Of a stretch of DNA of 64,000 nt, positions 20,226 to 31,500 are shown piece after piece (the stretch's first letter is position 1; every line of letters starts with the position of its first letter). The notes beneath the pieces are model-generated. The model had not been told where the DNA came from, made no database searches, and worked only from the letters and a program-made list of their open reading frames with translations. Location of the stretch: positions 64,001 through 128,000 of the forward strand of contig JBMOPW010000004.1 of the NCBI GenBank assembly GCA_049322915.1, written 5' to 3'. Source of the stretch: Candidatus Zhuqueibacterota bacterium (GTDB taxonomy: Bacteria > Zhuqueibacterota > Zhuqueibacteria > Thermofontimicrobiales > Thermofontimicrobiaceae). Made by a program: the position numbers and the translations under genes.

Positions 20226-21311
20226 GTGAAACCGCCTCTGTTACTGACGACCGGGCCTGTGCCCATTTCGGAATCGGTGAGTTCTATTCTGAGCCAACCG
20301 ATGCAATATCATCGCGATAAAAAGTTTGTTCTGCTGTTCAATCAGGTTCTTGAAAATTTAAAATATTTTCTTCAAACCAGCTATGATGTATTCGTCCACT
20401 CCGCCAGTGGCACCGGCGGCATGGAAGCCGTGGTCGCCAATTTTTTCAGCCGGGGTGATCGTGTGATCGTCGTTGAAAATGGCAAGTTCAGCGAGAGGTG
20501 GTCGCAGATCGCTAAAGTATATGGGTTACAGGTTTCGCGCGTCAAAATTCCCTGGGGACAGAGCATTCAGCCCGAGCAGTTGAAAGAGGAGGTGAAGCGG
20601 GTTCCCGATGCCAAAGGCATTTTTCTCACCCATTGTGAATCTTCCACCGGCGCGCTGACCGATGTCGGGACCCTTGTGCCGGCGATTCGGGATCTCACTC
20701 CGGCGTTGGTGATCGTCGATGCAATTTCGAGCGCCGGCATTATCCCGCTAAAAATGGATGCGTGGCAAATCGATGTCGTCGTCACTGCATCGCAAAAAGG
20801 TCTTGGCCTGCCGCCGGGGTTGGCCATTGTCGCGCTGAATGATCGCGCCTGGCAGCGTTCGGAAATGGCCGATCTCCCCCGATTTTACTTTGACTTCATG
20901 CGCGCCCGACAGGCCTGGTTATTGGGTCGGGGAGGCGCATTCACGCCGGCCATCCCGCTCATTGCCGCCGCCGCACACGTGTTGGATGAAATTGTCAATC
21001 TCGGCCTGGAACGTATTTGGGAGCAGCGCCGGGCAATGGCCTCGAAATTCAGAGGGGCGATGAATGATCTGGAGCTCTCCATTTTTCCGGCGCAGCCAGC
21101 CGATGGAATGACAGTTGTGCAGATCGATCATCCGCTTCAGGCCAAAAAAATTATCGCCCGGCTCAGGGATGACTATCACATTTTTGTCTCAGGTGGCCAG
21201 GGACAGTTGCAGGATCTGGTTCTCCGGATCGGCCACATGGTCGAGGTGAGCGAAGAGCAACTTCATCAGTTTGTGACTGCGTTAGAAACTATTTTGTCAG
21301 AAGCAAAGTAA
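20226..21311 (+). CDS. Class V PLP aminotransferase (alanine-glyoxylate / serine-pyruvate type)
   Basis: TGPV, SGTGGME, HCESSTG, VDAISS, SQKGL (PLP Lys) and RIGHM. Confidence 0.88.
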   Translation: MKPPLLLTTGPVPISESVSSILSQPMQYHRDKKFVLLFNQVLENLKYFLQTSYDVFVHSASGTGGMEAVVANFFSRGDRVIVVENGKFSERWSQIAKVYGLQVSRVKIPWGQSIQPEQLKEEVKRVPDAKGIFLTHCESSTGALTDVGTLVPAIRDLTPALVIVDAISSAGIIPLKMDAWQIDVVVTASQKGLGLPPGLAIVALNDRAWQRSEMADLPRFYFDFMRARQAWLLGRGGAFTPAIPLIAAAAHVLDEIVNLGLERIWEQRRAMASKFRGAMNDLELSIFPAQPADGMTVVQIDHPLQAKKIIARLRDDYHIFVSGGQGQLQDLVLRIGHMVEVSEEQLHQFVTALETILSEAK

Positions 21312-21544
21312 AAAAACCTGAATCAGTCGATGCGATCACTTTGGCTGATTCGAAATTGCATCGCGATCTTCACCATGATTCGCTGCCACTTCCCGGGACG
21401 ACGGATCGGAATGGCCGCTGAAGCAACGCCGGTCAGGAAAGGGGCGATTCATTCGCGATGTGTGCTCTTGCTGTCATCAATAAAAATCTTCTCTGGTGAA
21501 CGCATCCCCCAAATTACTCATGCTACGGAAAATGAGGTAACGCC

Positions 21545-22909
21545 ATGGTCCGAATATTAGTCGTTGAAGATGATTTGAATACGCTGTCCGGATTGCTGGA
21601 AATTGTCAAGGATGAAGGCTATGACGCGGTCGGGGTTGATTCCGGAAAGAAAGCGCTGAAAGTGCTGGAGCGGGAACGATTCGATTTGATGTTGACGGAT
21701 TTGCGCATTCCGGAAATGGATGGAATCCAGCTTTACGAAAAATCCATCAGCCTCAATCCTGAGATGAAAACGATCGTGATGACCGCGTACAGCTCGGTGA
21801 AAGATGCGGTGGAAGCGATGAAAAAGGGCGTTTACGAGTACCTGACCAAACCGCTGAATCTGGATGAATTGTTCATCACCATCCGCAAGGCGCTGAATGA
21901 AAAGGAGATCCGGGAAGAAAATATTCAACTCAAAGATCAGTTGAGATCGTCGTATCGGTTTGAGAATATCATTGGCACCAGCAAAATTATGAAGGATATT
22001 TATACCATCATCCACAAAGTCGCCCAGACGCAATCGACCGTGTTGATCCGCGGCGAAAGCGGCGTTGGAAAAGAGCTGGTGGCCCGGGCAATTCATTATA
22101 ACAGCCCGCGCGCGGAGAAACCGCTGGTTGAAATCAGTTGCGCCTCGCTGCCGGAGACGCTGCTGGAGAGTGAATTATTTGGTTATGAAAAAGGGGCCTT
22201 CACCGGCGCCGTGGCCAGCAAGAAGGGCCGGTTTGAATTGGCCCAGCACGGCACGATTTTTCTGGATGAAATTGGCGACATTTCCGAGAGTGTTCAGACC
22301 AAGCTGCTGCGCGTGCTGCAGGAAAAGGAGATCACCCATCTGGGTGGAACTGAGGGCATCAAAACCGATGTCCGCGTCATCGCTGCGACGAACCGCAATC
22401 TGGAAAAAGCATTGAAAGAAGGCCGCTTTCGGGAAGACCTGTATTACCGTCTCAATGTCATCCCCATCGTCATCCCGCCGCTGCGCGATCGGAAGGGCGA
22501 TATTCCCCTGTTGATTAATCATTTCATCAAAAAGTTTTGTTCGGAGACCAATCGTCCGCTGATGAAATTCTCCGAGGAAGCCCTGGAAGTCTGTTTGAAT
22601 TACGATTGGCCCGGCAATGTGCGCGAGTTGGAGAATGCCGTGGAGAATTCCATTGTCCTGGGCGAAGGCGATGTCATCCTGCCTGAATTTTTACCGTTGA
22701 ATATTTTCTCCCATCAGAGTCAGCCGGTGGATCGCCATTTCATGGATGAATTGAAAGAAGGGACCTATCGCAAGAAGATGGAATTTGCCGAGCGAATTGT
22801 CATTCGGGACGCTATTGAAAAGGCCGGCGGCAACAAATCGGTCGCGGCCAAAAATCTGAGGATAAGCCTGCGCACCATGCGATACAAGATCAAGAAGTAC
22901 CATTTATAA
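21545..22909 (+). CDS. Sigma-54-dependent response regulator (NtrC/AtoC family)
   Basis: REC domain, [40 protein letters not shown] and Fis-type HTH. Confidence 0.95.
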   Translation: MVRILVVEDDLNTLSGLLEIVKDEGYDAVGVDSGKKALKVLERERFDLMLTDLRIPEMDGIQLYEKSISLNPEMKTIVMTAYSSVKDAVEAMKKGVYEYLTKPLNLDELFITIRKALNEKEIREENIQLKDQLRSSYRFENIIGTSKIMKDIYTIIHKVAQTQSTVLIRGESGVGKELVARAIHYNSPRAEKPLVEISCASLPETLLESELFGYEKGAFTGAVASKKGRFELAQHGTIFLDEIGDISESVQTKLLRVLQEKEITHLGGTEGIKTDVRVIAATNRNLEKALKEGRFREDLYYRLNVIPIVIPPLRDRKGDIPLLINHFIKKFCSETNRPLMKFSEEALEVCLNYDWPGNVRELENAVENSIVLGEGDVILPEFLPLNIFSHQSQPVDRHFMDELKEGTYRKKMEFAERIVIRDAIEKAGGNKSVAAKNLRISLRTMRYKIKKYHL

Positions 22910-22956
22910 TGCCGGTACTTGTAAAAAAAATTACTCCATCAAAATAGCGAATCAGG

Positions 22957-25350
22957 CTAAAAGAGGATATTCACTCTGAAATTGAAAATTCGTCGCGATA
23001 GATTATTCCGTACATCCTGCCAGTGGCCACTTTGTAAAATAAAATACTTATACGAAAGCACATTCCTGAAATCAAAGATATTGAAGATTTCAAACATCAT
23101 TTTTGCGTCCACACTTTTCCACAATCGTTTCGAATAACTCAGTCCAACATCCATGCGCCGGTAATACGCCATTCGATAGCCCATTCTGTTGAATGATTCA
23201 GGGTAATAAATGCCTGTCTCTTCATCGAGTTTAGCTGTGTAGGCGGTGTAAGGATAACCGCTGCCAAACAGCACTCTCACATGCGCCTTCATGTTTGGAA
23301 TATTGGGCATATCATCCTGCAAAACTACTGAAACAGTGTTGCGCTGATCAGTGGGGCTGGGGAATTCGTCATTGCCCAGGCCCGGAATGCGCTGCCTGGA
23401 AACGAGATACGTGTAACTCAGCCAACTATTCAATCGCTGATTCAGCTTACCATACCAGTGGACATTCAGCCCATAGGCTCTGCCTGAGCCAGTTAATTCC
23501 GGTTGATACTGAATGAAGATGTCTTCAAAATCGTAGGGGATGAGATGTTTCTGTGTGATGTAAAATAACTCGACCCGGGAGATGGTAGCGCGGGACGTGT
23601 GATGATAGAAAGATAAAACCGATTTATTGGATTGCTGGGCGCGGACGTTGGTCAGCAACGTGTGGTTGGAGTCGCGTAGCTCGCGATATTGTGGCGGTTG
23701 CGAGTAAATGCCCCACGAAGCTGCCAGCCACGTGTCCGGGGAAAAAGTCCATTTTAATTGGAGGCGGGGGTCTACTGTGAGCTGCTTGTTGTACGAAAAA
23801 TAATGGACGCGGAGACCATACTGCGCTTCCAGTTGACCCGGGAGTGTCCAGCGATCTTCGCCATAGAGAATGTATGAAAAATTGTCAAGCCGCGCAGAGG
23901 AATGAAAGTCATAGCTCTGTTGCCGCGTGAAAACCGTATCTCCGGACGTCACAGCGCTGATGTGCATCCGCTCCTCCAAATGATCCCGAAACGAATGGCG
24001 CCTCGCGCCGACGCCAAAATAAAGCGCGTGATTAGGGGATGAGTAGGTCAGTTCATTCTGATAACTCATCGTGTTTTCATGAAGACTATTATTCCGAAAT
24101 TCCACTTCCGTGCTCAGGTATTCAGTTGATTCCGCATTGCCGGAGTCGTACTGAATATTCTGCCGGTTGTAAACATCACCCGTGAGATCTACCCTGTCCA
24201 GTTCTTCGTTTTTTGTGAACATAAGGGATTGCGCCATTTTCAGGTCGCTGGTGAGCAGGCTCTCCAGAGTTAACGAGACCAGATTGGAATTGAAATCGGA
24301 TCGCTCATTCCCGTTGTAATCGATTTCAAACTGGTTATACATCATGCCAAACACGCTGTAATCTGCCCGGTATTTTTCAGGTGTAAGCACGAATTGATTC
24401 CTCAATAACATACCGATCACACTGAGCCTGTGGCGATACGTGAGAGGAATCCGGCCGACTACCTGCAAATCCATGAATTTGGGATGGTACTGCCCCTCGG
24501 TTTGCAGCGTCTGGAGAATTGCCCCGGTGTCAGCCCAGCGCCCGGCGATTGCCCAGTACCCGGAACCAAAGGCGCGGCCGGATATCGTGAGCCCGGCATT
24601 GATGAGGCCAACCTCGAACTCACCCTGGACTGGTTTTTCAGCGGAATTTTTATAATCCGCTATCAACACCGAGTGCATTTTTTCTCCGTACCGCGCCGAA
24701 AATCCGCCGGTCATGAGTTGAAAATTTTTCACCAGCGACGGGTTGATCTGGCTGAATCCCTCCTGGTAGCTGTTCCTGATTTGCTGCGGCTGAGGCAATC
24801 GAATTGATTCTAAGAGAATGAGATTGTCGTTGCTGCTTCCGCCGTGCACGTGAAAGGTGTTGCTCATTTCATTATTTGAGATAACGCCGGGGAGAGTCTT
24901 GACTACGCTGAGGGCGTCGGAGTAGAAACCAGGAATGGTTCGAATTTCAGTTGGCTTTATTTCATAAATCCCGACATTGGGTTCATATTTTTGTTCGCTG
25001 ACTTCCACGCCAGGCATACTGAGAATCTCCGGCACCAACGCGATATTGAGTTGAATATGGTTGGAACCATCGAATCGAATTGTGCGCGACTGTTTTTTAA
25101 ACCCGATAAATTGAAACATAAGCGTAAGAGATGCATTGTTCGCAAGCGTTATCTTGTAAGCGCCGCGCTCATCTGTCGTCGTTCCGATTGACTGGCCTGA
25201 CACAAAAATATTTACTCCTTGCAGCGGCTGATTCTTTTCATTGACGATCTTCCCGGCAATTGTATATGTACGCGCCTGCTGAGAAAATATCATGCCGGGG
25301 AGTAACAGCAGTATTGAAAGCGCGATGGAATATCGGAAGAATGGAAACAT
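22957..25350 (-). CDS. TonB-dependent receptor with N-terminal carboxypeptidase-regulatory-like domain
   Basis: Signal peptide from M41 of the track ORF; GTTTDERG...FIGF; plug LPGV..VHGG and GGFSARYG; C-terminal NIFD and terminal Phe. Confidence 0.88.
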   Translation of the reverse strand: MFPFFRYSIALSILLLLPGMIFSQQARTYTIAGKIVNEKNQPLQGVNIFVSGQSIGTTTDERGAYKITLANNASLTLMFQFIGFKKQSRTIRFDGSNHIQLNIALVPEILSMPGVEVSEQKYEPNVGIYEIKPTEIRTIPGFYSDALSVVKTLPGVISNNEMSNTFHVHGGSSNDNLILLESIRLPQPQQIRNSYQEGFSQINPSLVKNFQLMTGGFSARYGEKMHSVLIADYKNSAEKPVQGEFEVGLINAGLTISGRAFGSGYWAIAGRWADTGAILQTLQTEGQYHPKFMDLQVVGRIPLTYRHRLSVIGMLLRNQFVLTPEKYRADYSVFGMMYNQFEIDYNGNERSDFNSNLVSLTLESLLTSDLKMAQSLMFTKNEELDRVDLTGDVYNRQNIQYDSGNAESTEYLSTEVEFRNNSLHENTMSYQNELTYSSPNHALYFGVGARRHSFRDHLEERMHISAVTSGDTVFTRQQSYDFHSSARLDNFSYILYGEDRWTLPGQLEAQYGLRVHYFSYNKQLTVDPRLQLKWTFSPDTWLAASWGIYSQPPQYRELRDSNHTLLTNVRAQQSNKSVLSFYHHTSRATISRVELFYITQKHLIPYDFEDIFIQYQPELTGSGRAYGLNVHWYGKLNQRLNSWLSYTYLVSRQRIPGLGNDEFPSPTDQRNTVSVVLQDDMPNIPNMKAHVRVLFGSGYPYTAYTAKLDEETGIYYPESFNRMGYRMAYYRRMDVGLSYSKRLWKSVDAKMMFEIFNIFDFRNVLSYKYFILQSGHWQDVRNNLSRRIFNFRVNILF

Positions 25351-25520
25351 CGGAAATGACCTTTCAGCGATGGTGATTCGACAGGATGATGCATCAATAA
25401 GCCGGGAATTGACGCTGATGGAACATGAATTTTGACGGGACAGCCAGGGCAATTTAAGCGACAACGTCATACTTGTAAAAATATGATTCGCTCCGGAAGT
25501 GCGTCAACTCCAAAGCAAGT

Positions 25521-26600
25521 TTATTTACTTGAACGCACTAAAATATAAATTGCTCCCAGGCCGAAGAAGAGATTACCCAGCCAGGCGGCAATGAAGGGGG
25601 GCAGCGTGCCATTGTGCCCTAAGCTCTGGCCGACTTTAATGAAGCCAAAATAGAGGAAACAGATGAAGAGGCTGACGCCGAAACTGATTGCTGTCCCGCT
25701 TCGGGTTTTTCTCGAAGCTAACGGCGCGCCAAAAAGGATGATGATGAAATTGGCAAAGGGGAATGCGAACTTGAGGTATAAATCAACGCGCCAACGGTCC
25801 GGATTGCCGCCGGTGCGTTTCACTTCGTCGATGAAATTTTTGAGCTCCCAGTAGCTCATCTCCTCGTGATTTTTCTGAATCCGGGCGATATCCGTGGGTT
25901 TGAATCGGTCGTTTTTCAATTCATAGGTTTCAAAGGACTGGGTTCGCTCCATGTCGTTTTTGAAATATCGAATGTAACCATCCTTCAAAATCCAGCGATC
26001 TTTCTCCCACACCATTTGCGGCGCGTCGATTCGCTTGACCAGTTTATTTCGCTGGTAGTCCTGGACGCTGACTTTGAGCGCGGTGTTTATTTTTGTATCG
26101 AACACGCCAACTAGGAGCCAGCGGTTTGTGTCGATTTGCAGGTTGATGTCTTTGGTGCGAACTTTGAGATTTTGCTTTTGCACTTTGTTGACATGAGTTT
26201 CGTAAATCTCTTTCTTCTGTTGGTTGGCATAAGGCACGAACCGCTCGCCCACATAGGTCGCAATCAGACTAATGATGAGACCCAGCACCAACAGCGGCGC
26301 TAATATTCGGTAAGTGGATAAACCGGATGCCTGCATGGCAATGAGTTCGCTGTATCGCGCAAGCTGGCCGACGCTGAACAGGCTGGCCAATAATGTGGCC
26401 ACGGGCAGCGTGAGGATGATGATGTAGGGCAAGTAGAAAAGGTAATACTGGCTGACAGTGAGAAATGCCACGTCCTGATCGATGAATTTATCCATGAAAC
26501 CAACCATGTCGATGACGACATAGATGGCTGAAAATGCGATCAGAGAGAAAAGGAGCGTGCCCAAAAATTTCTGGGAAATGTATCTGTCCAGTATTCTCAT
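25521..26600 (-). CDS. lptG: LPS export ABC transporter permease LptG
   Basis: MRILDRYI, SELIAMQASGLS, 3+3 TM layout and AAWLGN. Confidence 0.85.
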   Translation of the reverse strand: MRILDRYISQKFLGTLLFSLIAFSAIYVVIDMVGFMDKFIDQDVAFLTVSQYYLFYLPYIIILTLPVATLLASLFSVGQLARYSELIAMQASGLSTYRILAPLLVLGLIISLIATYVGERFVPYANQQKKEIYETHVNKVQKQNLKVRTKDINLQIDTNRWLLVGVFDTKINTALKVSVQDYQRNKLVKRIDAPQMVWEKDRWILKDGYIRYFKNDMERTQSFETYELKNDRFKPTDIARIQKNHEEMSYWELKNFIDEVKRTGGNPDRWRVDLYLKFAFPFANFIIILFGAPLASRKTRSGTAISFGVSLFICFLYFGFIKVGQSLGHNGTLPPFIAAWLGNLFFGLGAIYILVRSSK

Positions 26601-28006
26601 TCGGAAAAAGCCCGCAAACGTTTGGGTATGAATTTAACCAGCGAATTGAAATTGATGAACGACGATTCCTTGACAGTTCTCAATAAAAGATACACGCCGA
26701 ATCCTCCCACAATGAAGTTGGCCAACCACATGGAAAGAAACGGGGACAACATATCGCGATCGGCAAGCTCTTCCCCGCCGATGAGAAAAATCCAGTAAAC
26801 GATGAAGAAGATCAGGCTGATGCCGCCGCCGATGGCCATATTACCGCGCTTCGCCAGAATGCCCAGTGGCGCGCCGATGAGCACAAAGACGATGCAGGCG
26901 AACGGGATGGAAACTTTTTTATAAATCTCCACTCTGAGCCGGTTGTTGGACAGCTCGTGCCCACGGGCGACATCGATTTCCCCGTCGATACGCTGCACCA
27001 CATTGTTGCACGCGCGGATCTGTTTCTGCAGATTCAATTTGAACCGGGGCGACTGTTTCAGGGAGAGCGGCGCGAGCACCGGCATGGGGTCCTCAAATTG
27101 CTGAAGCGCCGTATCCGTGTTTTTAGGAAAATAACGGTAGATCTGCGCTTCGATGAAGGTCAGCAGATTCTTGTACCGCTTTTCAATCGTGTCAGTATTC
27201 TCAGCGATGCGCGCTTTCATCATGCCGGTGCTTTGCTCGCGATCCCCGCGATATTCCGAATCCGAGCGCTGCAACACCATGTTGGGAATGGGAATTCTCA
27301 TGACATGTTCCGGAAAATTGATCCGGGTATAATTGTCCAGTTTATCGATGCGGATTTCGTGGATCTCGCCATTGTACAGCGTGATCTGTAGAATACCATT
27401 GTTCTTGTTCACGTAAATCTGGCCGCGTTCGGCAATGACGGTTTTGTTGACGTTCGGATCGCTGTTGTCGTAAATAATCACATCGCGGATCATTGACAGA
27501 TTTTCTTTCTCCGTGAGTTCGTTCACGCGGATGGAAATGTTGGGGATGTCCTGATTGAGATAGCCCGCTTCGAGCGTGACAGTTGGCTTTTTGATCGTGA
27601 TATCGCGGGCCAGCAAACGAAGCCGGTGATTTGAATCCGGCAAAACATCATTGTTGAACCAGATCAGGAACAATGTCAGACCGATGGCGACCAGAAACAC
27701 CGGCAGCAGAATCCGATACAGGCTGATGCCACTGGCTTTAATAGCGGTGATCTCATGATCGGCGGACAGTTGGCCGAAGGCCATCAGGCAGGCCATCAGC
27801 ACAGCCATGGGAACGGCTAGCGCAACGATCCAGGAGAGGTTGAGTGCGAAAAATTCGACGACGGTGAAAAAATCCAGACCCTTGCTCAGAATGCGTCCCA
27901 GTTCTTTGAAAACAAGGTTGAGCATGAAGAGCAGGGTGATGATGAACAAGCCAAATAAAAAAGGCCCGATGTGCTGTTTCAATATATGTTTGGATAGTAT
28001 GTACAT
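26597..28006 (-). CDS. lptF: LPS export ABC transporter permease LptF
   Basis: EITAIKASGISL, SIPFAC..F..IGAPLG and MWLAN; 4-nt overlap with lptG. Confidence 0.83.
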   Translation of the reverse strand: MYILSKHILKQHIGPFLFGLFIITLLFMLNLVFKELGRILSKGLDFFTVVEFFALNLSWIVALAVPMAVLMACLMAFGQLSADHEITAIKASGISLYRILLPVFLVAIGLTLFLIWFNNDVLPDSNHRLRLLARDITIKKPTVTLEAGYLNQDIPNISIRVNELTEKENLSMIRDVIIYDNSDPNVNKTVIAERGQIYVNKNNGILQITLYNGEIHEIRIDKLDNYTRINFPEHVMRIPIPNMVLQRSDSEYRGDREQSTGMMKARIAENTDTIEKRYKNLLTFIEAQIYRYFPKNTDTALQQFEDPMPVLAPLSLKQSPRFKLNLQKQIRACNNVVQRIDGEIDVARGHELSNNRLRVEIYKKVSIPFACIVFVLIGAPLGILAKRGNMAIGGGISLIFFIVYWIFLIGGEELADRDMLSPFLSMWLANFIVGGFGVYLLLRTVKESSFINFNSLVKFIPKRLRAFSE

Positions 28007-28052
28007 AATTCAAAAAAATTTTTGGGAACCGGGTTAATTGCGCGGACGTTAC

Positions 28053-28081
28053 AATATACGTAATTCACGATAGATTAGCAA
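28053..28081 (-). promoter_or_regulatory. Sigma-70-type promoter of lptFG
   Basis: TTGCTA-N17-TATATT. Confidence 0.5.
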
Positions 28082-28549
28082 GTAATTTTCAGCCCACCAT
28101 ATTATCAATCTGTTACCTATTTCTCATTAGTAAGACTTACATCTCATCAAACCCGGGAGGTTATTGGTTAAACTTGTTATCGCTATTCGCTCTCAATCTT
28201 GTGATGAATAACGTTCTCTGAAAATGTTTGTGATGAGCAAATTCCGGGTCATCGTCATTCCCTGAACCCCCAGGCCAGACTGCTTTTTCATGTGACATCA
28301 AAAATTTTAATTTCCAGCATAAAAAGACTGGCGGGAAAAGCGGAGCGGGAAGTCGACCAATATTCGAATGTGCCGATAAAAATTATGGCGCGACCCGGTT
28401 CATTCCATGGCCATCGAACATGCGAATTGCACTGTGCAATGGAATAAACTCAAAAAAATAATTGTCTCCTCTGAACATTTGAAAACGTTTCAAGTTTAAC
28501 TTAATAATTCACGCTCAATTTCTTAACCACGGCTAATAAGACAATCTTC

Positions 28550-31500
28550 ATGGTAGTACGGAATAAAACTGGATCGAAATCCTTTTTCATTCTTCTTGTG
28601 ACGATTTCGATCTTTTTTTCTCTCATGTCAGTTACCTCGAGTATTGCGAATTCCTCAAACGACTCATTCATCGGATTGCGTCTGGATTCCAATCGACAGT
28701 TTGGTACTCCGTTGTTTCATAAAAAACCGGACATAGGACTGTCGCTCATCGGGCCAATCGACTATTCGGCGACAGTTACCTCAAAAAGTCTTCAGCGGAA
28801 AGTTGAGATCGATTCCAGCGGTAGCATGGTATCTGTCAAAGAAGATTATTTCAGCCTCCCTGTGCACATCCCGGCAAGCTATTCGTTGGCTGTTTTCACG
28901 GATTACTGCCTCCGGCAGAATGTGAATATTTTGTGGCAGGATTATAAGGTCAAAGATATCGCCGGCGAGCGGGTCGAGAAAAAAGGCTCGGCCGGATTGG
29001 AGATCGCCATTCCGGTGAAAATCCGGAACCGCGCGTTCCAGACCATTTTTGGCGGGGACCAGGTATCGCTCTCAGTGACTGGACAGATCAATATCAATGG
29101 CGGATTTCGTCATGAAAAGCGCAGCGAAGTGAAAACCGCGTACAACCGCGGTTCGGACTATAACTTCAAGATGGAACAGACCCAGCAATTTAAAGTCCAG
29201 GGGAATGTGGGCGAAAAAGTGACGGTCAGCGTGGATCAGGACAGCGAGCGGCCATTCGATTTTGAAAATACAGTGAAGCTGGATTATAGCGGTTATGACG
29301 ACGAGATCATTCAATCGATTCAGGCTGGAAATATTTCCCTGTCCTTGCCGGCGACGCGGTTCGTGTCCTTCAGCGCGCAGAATAGCGGTTTGTTCGGAAT
29401 TAAATCCGAGGCGCAAATTGGCAATTTCCAATTGACGACCATCGCCAGCCAGGAAAAGGGAGAGAACAAAACCCTCACCATCACCGGCGGCGCTGAAGAG
29501 GGACAAACGACAATCAAAGATTATAATTACATGCGCGGCGTGTATTTTTTCGTCGACCATAGCTATCGCGCTAGTTATACAAATTACGACCAGAGCGGCG
29601 CCCATCTTTATGAGCTCAACAAAATTCTAACGGATTTCGAAATCTATAAATCCGGTGCCGGATACAAGCAGAAGCAGGGTCGCGTCTATGGCTGGGCGCT
29701 GATTGATCCGGACGAGGGAGACACAACGACCATCGATCAGGAAAATACCAATGGGTACTGGATTCGGATGGATCGATCTGAATATTTTCTGGAAACCGCC
29801 CTCGGCTATATTCGGCTGAACAATCCGGTTTCGGACGACGAAATGCTGGCTATTGCCTATCGCGACAGTTCCGGCCAGGTCGTGGGCAATGTCAAATTCG
29901 ATCCGACGACGCAATCCACGATTTTCCTGAAAATGCTCAAGCCGCGCAGCCCGCGTCCTTCAGATACCACCTGGGATTTGATGTTCCGGAATGTTTATTA
30001 TCTTGGATCCAGAAATATCGAATGGGAAGGTTTTGAAGTAAAAATATTTTTTGATCCACCTTCCGGCGACGACCTTGAAACACTGGAGATAGACGGCAAA
30101 CCCTATTCATTCCTCAATATCTTCGGGTTGGATCGTGTGGACCAAAACGGGGATAATAATCCGGACAATATCATTGACCGCAACAACAACTTTCTCCGCC
30201 TGGGCGAGGGAGAGATTGAATTCCCCAGCCTGCGCGCGTTCGCTGATACGACCAATTCATTGCTCCCCTCGGAAAAATATGTTTCAGCCATGTACGACAC
30301 CACCAACCAGAGCTACATCACCAGCCAGAGCAAGTTCTACATTCAGGTGAAATCCAAAAACCGAAGCGCGAATTACGATCTGGGCTGGAACGTCATCGAG
30401 GGGTCCGAGGAAGTGACTCTCAACGGCTCGCGGTTGGCCAAAGATAAAGATTATATCATCGATTATTACTCCGGAAAGCTCACCATTCTGCGCGAAGAGG
30501 CAACGAACCCATCTGCCAATGTTCAGGTCAATTATCAGCGCAATGAGATGTTTCAACTGGAGAAGAAGACATTGCTGGGTATGCGCGGTGAATATAAATT
30601 CTGGGAGAATTCATTCATCGGCGGTACATTTCTGTATTTGAACCAGAGCACTCTGGACCAGAAAGTCCGCGTTGGCAAAGGCCCCATGCGCAACCTGATC
30701 TGGGATGTGAACACATCCTTGAAATTCCAACCCAATTTCCTGACAAAAGCCATTGATGCGTTCCCGCTCATCGAAACAAAGCAGGAGTCTAGGTTCACGT
30801 TCGAGGGGGAAGTCGCCCAGATTTTACCAAATCCAAATACATTGAATAATGAAGCCACCGGCGATCCGGATGGCGTTGCCTACATCGATGATTTTGAAGC
30901 CGCAAAAAAAATTACTCCGTTGGGCGTCATTCGAAGCGGCTGGCGGGACAGTTCCTCGCCGCTGGAAGTGGGTAAAATTCCGGATCCTACCAATGGCTGG
31001 AAAACAACGCTCGACGTGTACAAAAAGCGAGGACAACTGATCTGGTGGAACCCCTACGAGCAGGTCGCCATCAATGAGATCTGGCCCAATCGCGACACGC
31101 ACAATCCCAATACCCCTCAGCGCGTGCATGTCCTGGACGTGCTTTTTAAACCGGCGGAACGACCGGACGATCCGGATTTCAGCCGGGAACAGTCCTGGTC
31201 CGGCATTATGCGCTGGCTCTCTGCCGGCTATGCCGATCAATCGGACAGTAAATTCCTCGAAATTTGGGTGAAGGGCGACAATGGCCGGCTGCACATCGAT
31301 CTGGGACAGATTTCCGAGGACGTAATTCCCAATGGTCAATTGGATACCGAAGATATTGAAGAGAATGGAATTTTGAATAACCTGCTGGACGCCGGCGAAG
31401 ACGTCGGCATCGACGGGATGGCCGGGAAAGACCCTACTGACTGGTGGGATATAAACAATAACAAGATCAAAGACGACGGCGAACCATTGAGTTACGATGA

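Noticed and set aside
28200..28300. Three TGTGA half-sites upstream of sprA (CRP/FNR-like)
   Set aside because: None has the matching TCACA half at N6 spacing.
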